From the human T2T-CHM13v2.0 reference genome, Homo sapiens: a stretch of DNA of 64,000 nt. Below, in pieces: positions 54,136 through 64,000 of the stretch. The notes under the pieces were generated by a model that was given only the letters and a program-made list of their open reading frames with translations, had not been told where the DNA came from and searched no databases. The translations under genes and the position numbers were made by a program. The stretch covers positions 22,848,001 to 22,912,000 of the forward strand of contig CP086569.2 in assembly GCA_009914755.4 (NCBI GenBank). The letters run 5' to 3'. Position 1 is the stretch's first letter, and every line of letters begins with the position of its first letter.

Positions 54136-55440
54136 TAACCCTAAATATAACCCCTATTACTAACACTAAAACACTAACAATAACCCTCAAGCCCTAACCC
54201 TAATCTCCACATAAACCCAACCTGAACCATTAACAAAACATATCCCTATCCATAAATATAACCCTACCGCAACCCATAACCCTAAACATACACCTACACC
54301 TACCCCTAACCCTAAATCTACCCCAAACCCTAAATCTACCCTTAAACATAACACTCAGAAAAACACTAACAGAAATACTAAACCAAACCCTAACTCTAAC
54401 ACTACCTCTAAACACTGAACCCTAACCCCTAACTCTAACTCTGACCCCTAAATCTCCTTCAAACCTAACCCTAAAAGCACCCTTAACTCTAACCTGAAAA
54501 TTAAAATTCTAACCTTAAAAACATAAGCATAACACATAACCAACATCCCTAATCCAAATTCCTACCCCAACCCTAATTCTAAAAATATGCTGACCATATC
54601 CCTAAACTTAATCCTGACACTAACCCTAACCCTAACTCTAACCCACAACCTCAAATGCAACTGCAACCATAGCTCTAACACTAAAACTTAAATGCTAACT
54701 ATAATCACATATAATAAACCCAATCCCAACTGTAACCCTGAACTCTAACCCTAAAACTAAACCCACCCTAACGCTAACCCTAAAGCTTAACACTAGGCCA
54801 AACACTAACCCCTCATCCTAACCCTAAAGTGACCCTAACCCTAACCTAAATGCTAAACAATAACCCTAAAAATAACACTGCACCCTAAACACTAACCCTA
54901 ATGCTAACCTGAAACCCTAAACCGAATCCTTATTCTTATCCTAACACAAACCCTAAACCCAAACCCTAACGCTAATGCACTAACCCTCTTACCCTAACCC
55001 TCACCGTCACCTTAACTCTCACCCTAAGCACTAACTCTAACCCTCACCATGAAGTTAAGCCAGAACCTAACCCTACACTAACAACAACCTCTAACTGTAG
55101 GCCTATTTCTTACCCTAAACCTAAACATAACCTGACCCTAAAACTAACATCTAATCTTGATTCTAACTGTAGCCCTAAACATAACACTAAACTTTAACCC
55201 TGTCCCTAATCCTAATCCTAATCATAACCCTAATCCTACCACAACACTGACCTCTAACCCAACCCCAGATCTAACCCTCAATCTAAACTTTTTTCTGCAA
55301 TTGTAAACCCCTATTCCTAATCCCAAACTTCTATCCCATTCTTAATATTATCATATCACCCTTCAAAGAATTTTAAATATATCATCTATGACTCTAACCC
55401 CTAATGCCCATAAGAGTACACTTAACCTTACCTCTTAACT
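54136..55440 (+). repeat. Highly degenerate interstitial telomere-like array, (CCCTAA)n / (CTAACC)n-derived, ~1.3 kb, C-rich strand on +
   Basis: ctaaccctaaatataacccctattactaacactaaaacactaac...ctaaccctaaccctaactctaaccc...accctaaaccctaacgctaa...cctaatcctaatcctaatcataaccctaatcc. Several hundred bp of AACCCT-like hexamers with frequent substitutions. The minus-strand ORF 54230-54415 is an artefact of GGGTTA periodicity. Confidence 0.85.
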
Positions 55441-56805
55441 CCAATTGAAAATTGAATTAAACAGATGATGTCACTGGGACAAAACACTAAATGTTAACAA
55501 ATATGATAATTAGAGACATTAGATTATGTAACCAAATAATAGTACATGGAATTAACTACACGAGGAAGACATTATGCACCTATGTGATTACGTTTTTTTT
55601 CTAGAAAATTGAGGCTTGTTTTAACATTCTGAAGCCATCCCTCTTCAATATACCACGTAAATTAAATGCTGGGAAAACAGTACATGTATATCTCAACTGT
55701 TACAGAAAATACTTAAAGTTAGTCAACATGTTTACTGATAACAACATCCAATAAACTGTGATTAAAATGTCTTTCACATGATAACACGTCTTTATACAAA
55801 ACCCATAACAATCAGCGTCTGAATTGTTGGGAACAAAAGCTTTAAGATGAAGAACACAGCACTGATGCTCACTTTCATCATTGCATTTGATACTGTATTA
55901 GAAGTTCCATCCGAAATAATTGGAAAAGAAAAATATATATGAAGCCATTCATATGTCAAAAAATAAAATAAAACTACCTACTCATGGATCTCATGATCTC
56001 ATATACAGAAAATCATAAGAAATCAACAAGAAATAATAAAATCTAATAAACAAATTAAACAAACATACAGTATATATATCAATACACTAAAATCTATTTG
56101 TATACACTAGCAATAAATGATATGAAAATGAAATTAACACAACAATTTTATTTGTAAAAACAACAAGCTGCATGTTCTCCAACTTCCCTTGAACACACAG
56201 GAGCAGGCAGCTGGGGTTGGGGGTGGCCTTGGAGTGGGGTCTGTGCTGCTTTATTGGGACCTGGGCTGCACTGTCCATGGGCTAAGCAGAAACTACTCAA
56301 GTTCCTGGGGAGTCAAAGTAGAAATACTTAAGTACATAATGGATGAAGAGTAGAAAATCTACAGTGGTTTTGAAAGCCCTCATGCCACGATGTCAAATGG
56401 ATATCTTCAGAGTCATAAATTAATGATAAAAAGAGAACATGCATGAACATCAGCAACAGTGAAAGCCAGGGAGAGTGGCCCAGGTCATTTTGCTGAGAAG
56501 AAATGCATTGAGTTTAATTTGAGAGACGTCCCTTCACAAGTGCTGCTAAAGGCATACACATATTTTACCTAAATGTTTCACTGCGCCTACAGTTCCACAG
56601 AAATTCCTAAATTCCCATTTCACCTGAAACTGCAGTAGAACTGTTGATGGCTGTGAACTTTCTATATTGTATATAAATACAATTGATTTATAGGATAAAA
56701 TAAATTAGAATAAACTCTTAAATTTTTTTTAGTGTTTAAGGCCTGTGGTTCAGTTCATATTTTTTATAGGTAGCACATTCCCTGTATGCAAGGTAACTAT
56801 AAAAT

Positions 56806-57555
56806 TAATCGCAGAAATCAAAACCACAATGAGATACCATCTCACACCAGTTAGAATGGCAATCATTGAAAAGTCAGGAAACAACAGGTGCTGGAGAGGA
56901 TGTGGAGAAATAGGAACACTTTTACACTGTTGGTGGGACTGTAAACTAGTTCAACCATTGTGGAAGTCAGCGTGGCGATTCCTCAGGGATCTAGAACTAG
57001 AAATACCATTTGACCCAGCCATCCCATTACTGGGTATATACCCAAAGGACTATAAATCATGCTGCTATAAAGACACATGCACACATATGTTTATTGCGGC
57101 ATTATTCACAATAGCAAAGACTTGGAACCAACCCAAATATCCAACAATGATAGACTGGATTAAGGAAATGTGGCACATATACACCATGGAATACTATACA
57201 GCCATAAGAAATGATGAGTTCATGTCCTTTGTAGGGACATGGATGAAATTGGAAATCATTGTTCTCAGTAAACTATCGCAAGAACAAAAAACCCAACACC
57301 GCATATTCTCACTCATAGGTCGGAATTGAACAATGAGATCACATGGACACAGGAAGGGGAACATCACACTCTGGGGACTGTGGTGGGGTGGGGGGAGGGG
57401 GGAGGGATAGCACTGGGAGATATATCTAATGCTAGATGATGAGTTAGTGGGTGCAGCGCACCAGCATGGCACATGTATACATATGTAACTAACCTGCACA
57501 ATGTGCACATGTACCCTAAAACTTAAAGTATAGTAATAAAAGAAAAAAATTAATT
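56806..57555 (+). mobile_element. 5'-truncated L1 3' end (~750 bp: ORF2 C-terminus + 3' UTR + A tail), relatively young L1PA-like
   Basis: GCAGAAATCAAAACCACAATGAGATACCATCTCACACCAGTTAGAATGGCAATCATTGAAAAGTCAGGAAACAACAGGTGCTGGAGAGGATGTGGAGAAATAGGAACACTTTTACACTGTTGGTGGGACTGTAAACTAGTTCAACCATTGTGGAAG...CTCACTCATAGGTCGGAATTGAACAATGAG...CCCTAAAACTTAAAGTATAGTAATAAAAG. Confidence 0.9.
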
Positions 57556-57824
57556 GCAAAGAAGATTCTATTCTGTTTTTTTGCATAACAGAGTTGAAAT
57601 TTATTTGTATTCTGAAAAAACTATGGACATTTTCACAAACAGAGAAATAAACAAATATGCCAATTCATAGGCGGTTTTGCCTTACCCCTTGAATATGACT
57701 TTAAAATGAGTAATGTTGACATAGAAAATGATGAAAATTAGACATATATAATTGCATAATATGCATGTTCATAACTTAGCCAAAAGATTGATTTTTATCT
57801 AACCCTAACATAAATGTTATATTA

Positions 57825-58080
57825 ATGCCTGTAATCTCAGCACTTTTGGAGGCCAAGGCAGGCAGATAATGTGAGTCCAGGCATTTAAGACAGGTCCAGG
57901 CAACATGGCAAGTCTTTGTCTCTCTCAAAAAATACAAAAAGTTAGCCAGATATGATAACTGAAGCTAAGGCAGAAGATCAGTTGAGCTCAGCAGTTAGAG
58001 GCTGCAGTGAGCCATCATAGCACTTCTGCACTCCAGGCTGGGAAAAAGAATGAGACCCTGTCTCAAAATAAAAATAAAAG
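57825..58080 (+). mobile_element. Alu (5' truncated, older)
   Basis: GCCTGTAATCTCAGCACTTTTGGAGGCCAAGGCAGGCAGATAATGTGAGTCCAGGCATTTAAGACAGGTCCAGGCAACATGGCAAGTCTTTGTCTC...GCACTCCAGGCTGGGAAAAAGAATGAGACCCTGTCTCAAAATAAAAATAAAAGG. Confidence 0.85.
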
Positions 58081-59589
58081 GAGAAGAAGAAGGAAAGGAA
58101 TAAGAGTTGAAATTTTGTATGTCCTTTGATAAACCTCAGTAATGTTTAATATTGTCTTTTCATTTTGTTTATTGCTACAATTTAAGAAATTTACTTAAAA
58201 ACACTTTTGGAAGGTTGCTGGGTACAATTTTTGAAGAAGCAACAGAACTATACCCAGATGGTCAACAGGTCAAATATATGACTTACAAGCAAAGCATCCT
58301 TGGCAACTTTAAAAACAGAAAGAAAAAAAAATCCATAAGGTTTGATGGGTTAGGTTATTTTCTATGTTTTTAGATTTAAGAAATCCCTTTTTTCTCTTAG
58401 ATAATTATAATTTATAACACTTTAATAGGTTATACTTTTGTAAACAGAAATGAAACACTTGTTAAAAAAAATTAACTCTCCTGTCCCCCCGCCAACCACA
58501 GCCATCTGAATGGACCCCTCCTTTTGATCAAGAGCATTCCAAAATTGCTTCACTTCCTGACAAGAAAGAGGGACACACATGCTTCATTACATACTATTCC
58601 CTTTTGAACTTTAGAAAAAGCTGACCACCACTAACAGCAACACATACCTTAAATCTGATAAGGAATATTTACCACCTATTTTCTCGAGCCTGCTACATGG
58701 AGGCTTCATCATCATAATAAAACTTTGGTCTCTACAGCCCTTATTATTTATTGTAACCCAGTCATTCCTGTCTATTGATTTTATGTTTTTAGATAATAAT
58801 TTAACTCTTTCAGCCAACTGCCAATTAAAACATATTTATATCTACCTGTAACTTGAAAGCCCAGCCCCACACCATCACTATTTTCAAGTTGTCCATCCTT
58901 CCTGGACCAAACCAATGTACATCTTACATGTGTTTGATTGATGTCTCAGGTCTCTCTAAAATGCATAAATGTAGGCTGTGAACATACCACCTGGGGCACA
59001 TGTTCTCAGGATCTCCTGAGTAGGGATGTGTCATGGACCATTTGTCACTCATATCTGGATCAGAATTCTTCAACTAATTTTATGGCATAATATCAAAGTT
59101 TGATATTGTTAGTATATCTCAGCTAATGTAGGATGTCAATATGTATAAAGCAGACATTTACATTACCATTACAAATGCACTCTCAGTTAAACTGTGACTG
59201 TCTCAGGAAAAGAAAAAATGTTGCTAACCAGGCATATATCATATATTTAAACTTACATAATAATTCAAGTTCTAATATGCCTACTTAAAAAATGTTTCTA
59301 TATTGTTTCAACTACTTTAGTTCTCTAAGAAAAATGAGTTATTAAAGCATGAAAAAAAGTGTTGTTGGAGGTTGCGATGTCTCCCCTGGCCTCAGCCCAT
59401 CGTGGTTCCACTCAGCGCCTCTCCTTTCTCTGTACCAGAATCTCTGCCAGAAACAAGCCCAGATCATCTGCAAACCACACTTTGGTAGCTGTGACAATGC
59501 GTGGTCACTGCCTCACTCAAGGGACACTTTTGTAAGGTCAGAATTGGAGGCCAGGGCTGGGAAGTAAGGCCCAGGGCAGTGCCCCTCCT

Positions 59590-59925
59590 CAGTTCTGGGT
59601 GCTGCAGACAGGGTGTCTTTTCCTCACTTGGCCGCCAGATGTCTCAATGCCATGTACTCTCCTGGGAGGGTCCTGAGGAGACGTCTTTATTCTCACCCTG
59701 GTCGTAGCACCAGGTGACTTGTAGCAACGGCCACTCCTGGACATGTCCAGAAGAGAAGGAGGTTTTATCCTCATGGTGGACCCGACCCCAGGTGTCCCAA
59801 AGCCGCGGCCACTCTTGGGCGGGTCCTGAGATGAAGTAGGCTTAGTCTTCTTCATGAACGTGGCCACAGATGTCCCCAAGTGCCCTGAAACCACGGCCTC
59901 TCTCGAGTGTCCTGAGAAGGAAGCT
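59590..59925. repeat. Degenerate minisatellite, ~68-84 bp unit x 4 (+ partial), GC- and CpG-enriched
   Basis: Unit boundaries are approximately 59613, 59682, 59761, 59839 and 59923. Units share GTCTTT..TCCTCA...GGCCGCCAGATGTC(C)CAA.GCC....CTC....GGGTCCTGAGGAGAC. Example: gtcttttcctcacttggccgccagatgtctcaatgcc...gggtcctgaggagac / gcttagtcttcttcatgaacgtggccacagatgtccccaagtgccc...gtgtcctgagaaggaag. Confidence 0.7.
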
Positions 59926-60340
59926 CTGTCCGAGGCACTGTGAAGATAACCTGCTTCTCAGAGAGTTGGTTTGCAGGCTCAGTGCATCAGCTCCGTGCAC
60001 CCTCTGGTGGTAGCCTTGGAAAATCTCTGAAATTTGGGGTGGGTTAATCCAGGCGGTCATCTCACGAAGTGGAAGTGAGATACAGCCAACCTTCCCATAT
60101 CTAGAATGGAGATAAAAGGAAGCAAAGAAGACGGTCAATATACAAAACTCAATTGATTTTCTCTATATCAGCAATAATGAATATAAATAATTGGATTTTG
60201 AAATATTAAAACACCATTTACAATACTACCCGCAAAATTGAATCCATTAAGTATAACTGTAACAAAATATGCAGAATTCATTCAGAAAACAATGAGTCAC
60301 CATTGGGAGAAATCAAAGGAAATGTTAGCAAATGCAGACA

Positions 60341-60610
60341 GGCTAGGCACGTTGTCACACGCCTGTAATCCCAGCACCTCGGGAGTCTGCAGCAGGCAGA
60401 TACCTTGAGCCCATGAATTGGAGACCACCCTGGGGAACATGGTGAAAGCCCATCTCTGCCCAAAATACAAAAAAAATAAGCTGAGCTTGGTGGTGCATGC
60501 CTGTGGTCCCAGCTACTTGGGTCGTTGAAGTGGGAGAATCTGTGAGCTGAGATCATGCCACCGCACACCAACCTGGGTGACACAACTCCTTCTCACAAAG
60601 TAAATAAATA
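60341..60610 (+). mobile_element. Alu
   Basis: GGCTAGGCACGTTGTCACACGCCTGTAATCCCAGCACCTCGGGAGTCTGCAGCAGGCAGATACCTTGAGCCCATGAATTGGAGACCACCCTGGGGAACATGGTGAAAGCCCATCTCTGCCCAAAATACAAAAAAAATAAGCTGAGCTTGGTGGTGCATGCCTGTGGTCCCAGCTACTTGGG. Confidence 0.9.
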
Positions 60611-61162
60611 GATGTTTCTTGTTCTGGAGAAGCACATTTATTATTATTTCAGCTATATTCCAATCAAATTCCAGGTAAATATATCAACAACTCTTCCTAA
60701 ACCTAGAATAGATGAAATAAGACTGAAGAAGTGCAATGCCAGATGTGATATGAATACTTACACTAAAGCTAATGTAATAAACAAGAGTGTGTCATTCATG
60801 ATTTAATAGACAAGCAGATAAGTGGAACAGAATAGTCAGCCCCAAAACAGGCCCAAGTCAAATGATTTTGTCGAAAATGCAAAGAATGTCCTTTGGAAAC
60901 AATAAGTCTCTTTCACAAGTGGCAAGAAAACAGCTGGAAACTATACGGAAACAAATGAACATAGACACAAATTTTACAGTTAAAAAAATTAGTCAAAAAT
61001 ACCCACACATTAAATTTTTTCAGTGCAAAGTTGTAATTGGAAAATATCTTCATGAGCTTGGGTTTAGTGATGAGTTATTATCAAGTCCATGAAAGAAAAA
61101 AAAACGGATAATATGAACTTTATTGAAAGTTGAAATGTCTACTCTGTAAAACACTCTGTTAC

Positions 61163-61618
<456 letters not shown>

Positions 61619-62282
61619 TTAGCAAACTTATCTGAAAAGTGACTTGTATGCACAACATATGCAGAAACTCTAAAACTCAAAAAGATAAGCAACCCAATTC
61701 CAAGGTAAAAACCTGAGTAGATACATCACTAAGGAAGATACAGAGATGGAAAACAGGCAGACACACCAAACACTGCTTGCGGAAAGCCTGCTGCTTCTGC
61801 TGAAGGCTGACTCTAAGCCGTCCCATGGGGAGCAGCAGTGGCTGCCAGAGCGGCAAGTGGCTCCAGAGACCGCCCCCACCTACCCCACCTCCGCTCTTCC
61901 TCCAAGGTCCAAGGGTCCTGAAGGCACTAGGCATACTCTCCTAGAAAGAGCCGGAAGCTGGATACTTTATTTCTCGGCTTTCCTTAAAGTTCTGGAAGCT
62001 GCCAAGTATCCTTAAGTTGGAAGTTTTATTTTTTTCCTAAGCACCTTGAGGCACTGAGAAGCATTAGGAGAGTTGGTTTTTAACTCACACTTGTCTTCAT
62101 AAAGAGATAAAAGAATTTGCTCCAACCCCTTTGTATTAAGTTGTTTTAAAATGTTTGGGTCAATATGTTGTTATTTTGCTTTCCTCCAGACACGAAACAC
62201 AGAAAAAGCATTAAGTAAAAACCGAATAGGGAGTCATCATAAATTCATGGATACTATTTAGTTTTTCATTAAACCTGCCTTT

Positions 62283-63940
62283 TTTTATTGTAATTTAAAT
62301 TCTAGGATACATGTGCAGAACAGGCAGTTTTGTTACATAGGTGTACATGTGCCACGGTGGTTTGCTGCACCCATCAACCCATCATGTAAGTTTTAAGCCC
62401 TGAATGCATTAGGTATTTGTCCTAATGATCTCCTTCCACTTACCCCCTACTCCCTGACAGGCCCCATTGTGTCCTCATTGTTCCATTCCCACTTATGCAT
62501 GAGAATAGGTAGTGTTTGCTTTTCTGTTCCTGTGTTAGCTTGCTGAGAATGACGGTTTCCACTTCATTCATGTCTCTGAAAAGGACATGAACTTATTCAT
62601 TTTTGTGGCTGCATAGTATTCCATCGTGTATATGTGCCACATTTTCTTTATCCAGTCTATAATTGATGGGCATCTGGGTTTGTGCCATGTCTTTTTTGTG
62701 TGTAAATAGTGCTGCAATAAGCATACATGTGCAGTTTCCTTAGAGTAGAATGATTTACAATACTCTGGGTGTATACCACATAATGGGATTGCTGGGTCAA
62801 ATGGTATTTCTGGTTATAGATCCTTGAGGAATCACCACACTGTCTTCCACAGTGATTGAACTAATTTATACTCCCACCAGCAGCATAGAGCATTCCTTTT
62901 TCTCCACATCTTCGCCAGCATCTGTGGTTTCCTGACTTTTTAATGGTCACCATTCTGACCGATGTGAGACAGTATCTCATTGTGGTTTTGATGTGCATTT
63001 CTCTAATGCTCAGTGATGCTGAGCTTTTTTTATATATATTTGTTGGCTGATTAAATGTCTTCTTTTGAGAAGTGTCTGTTGATATCCTTTACCACTTTTT
63101 GTTGGGGTTTGTTTTTTATTTTCTTATAAAATTTTTTAAGTTCCTTGTAGCTTTTGGATATTAGACCTTTGTCAGATAGATAGGTTGAAAAAATGTTTTC
63201 ACATTCTGTATGTTGCCTGTTCACTCTGACGATATTTTCTTTTGCTGTGGAGAAGCTCCTTAGATTAATTAGGTCCCATTTGTCAATTTCGGATTTTGTT
63301 GCAATTGTTTTTTGGTCTTTTTGTCATGAAGTTTTTGCCCATGCCTATATCCTGAATGGTATTGCCTAGATTTTCTTCTAGGGTTTTTAGGGTTTTAGGT
63401 TTTACATTTAAGTCTTTTAATTCATCTTGAGTTAAGTTTTGTATGTGATGTAAGAAAGGGATTCAGTTTCAGGTTTCTGCATATGGCTCGCCAGTTTTCC
63501 CAGACCAGGGAATCCTTCCCTAGTTGCTTGTTTTTGTCAGGCTTGTCAAAGATCAGATCACTGTAGATGTGTGAATTACTTTAAGCAGTATGGTCATTTT
63601 AGGATAGAGCAGGATTTCAATCCCAGCTTTTTTTTTTTTTTTTACTTTCCATTTGCTTTGTAAATATTCCTCCATCCTTTTATTTTGAGCCTATGTGTGT
63701 CTTCACCCATGATATCAGTCTCCTGAATACAGCACACCAAAGGGTCTTGATTCTATCCAATTTGTCAGTCTGTGCACTTTAATTGGCAAATTTAGTTCAC
63801 TTACATTTAAGGTTAATATTTGTACGGGTCAATTTGATCCTGGCATGGCAATACTAGCTGGTTATTTTGCATATTAATTGATCCACTTTCTTCTTAGTGT
63901 TGTTGGTCTTTATATTTTGCTACTTTTTTTAGTGATGAAT
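62283..63940 (-). mobile_element. 5'-truncated L1 (reverse orientation), older subfamily; ORF2 C-terminal half + 3' UTR
   Basis: The + strand reads the reverse complement of the L1 3' end: TTTTTTTATTGTAATTTAAATTCTAGGATACATGTGCAGAACAGGCAGTTTTGTTACATAGGTGTACATGTGCCACGGTGGTTTGCTGCACCCATCAACC...CTGCATAGTATTCCATCGTGTATATGTGCCACATTTTCTTTATCCAGTCTATAATTGATGGGCATCTGGGTT...GGTTTCTGCATATGGCTCGCCAGTTTTCCCAG... Confidence 0.85.
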
Positions 63941-63944
63941 ACTG

Positions 63945-64000
63945 GTTTTGTTTTGTGTTGTTTTGTTTTCTGAGACAGAGTCTCGCTTTATTGGCCAGTA
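63945..64000 (-). mobile_element. Alu (reverse orientation), only the start visible at window edge
   Basis: T-rich run then CTGAGACAGAGTCTCGCTTTATTGGCCAG. Confidence 0.7.

Noticed and set aside
54230-54415. 61-aa minus-strand ORF rich in R/V/G/F (MFRGSVRVRVWFSI...)
   Set aside because: It is a translation of the G-rich strand of the degenerate telomere-like array. Hexamer periodicity gives the spurious RVRG repeats.
54136-55440. Interpretation as a head-to-head chromosome-fusion site like human 2q13
   Set aside because: Only the C-rich (CCCTAA-like) orientation is present on the + strand. There is no switch to TTAGGG-type repeats within the window, so a fusion junction is not shown by this sequence. 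Only an interstitial or ancestral telomeric tract is supported.

Overview
This window is eukaryotic, almost certainly human or catarrhine primate, genomic DNA. It is AT-rich, gene-poor and dominated by interspersed repeats. I find no prokaryotic features (no operons, CRISPR, tRNA or rRNA genes) and no convincing host protein-coding exon. The listed ORFs of 60 aa or more are degraded retroelement genes or translations of simple repeats.

Content, start to end:
- A near full-length class I (gammaretrovirus-like) endogenous retrovirus, 1-9100, with LTR, gag, pro, pol and env all recognisable but broken. Its 5' LTR is cut by the window edge.
- About 20 Alu copies in total, in both orientations, plus one MaLR-type solo LTR (~12305-12660).
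- A second, internally deleted HERV-K-like (betaretrovirus-like) provirus at 18665-23287. It has ~490 bp LTRs, HERV-K-like gag CA/NC zinc fingers, pol RNase H/integrase and the env C-terminus.
- A poly(A)-terminated fragment homologous to the first provirus's LTR at ~23560-23826.
- A near full-length but inactivated L1 at 28451-34592, followed by a ~380 bp (ATATACAAA)-like tail repeat.
- Two further 5'-truncated L1 pieces (56806-57555 on +, 62283-63940 on -) and a tiny L1 3' fragment (~49692-49762).

The observations least explained by ordinary transposon annotation:
- A ~150 bp-arm inverted repeat at 44183-44693, about 95% identical between arms.
- A ~1.3 kb highly degenerate telomere-like (CCCTAA)n array at 54136-55440.
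- A CpG-containing ~78 bp-unit minisatellite at ~59590-59925.
- A (TG)n(CG)n Z-DNA-type tract embedded in an Alu at 46855-46909.

I do not see evidence for a novel coordinated multi-gene biological system here. The honest reading is a repeat-rich intergenic or intronic region with a few structurally interesting loci. All coordinates are by-eye estimates (about +/-10 bp). Family or subfamily names are not assignable without a Dfam/RepeatMasker search.
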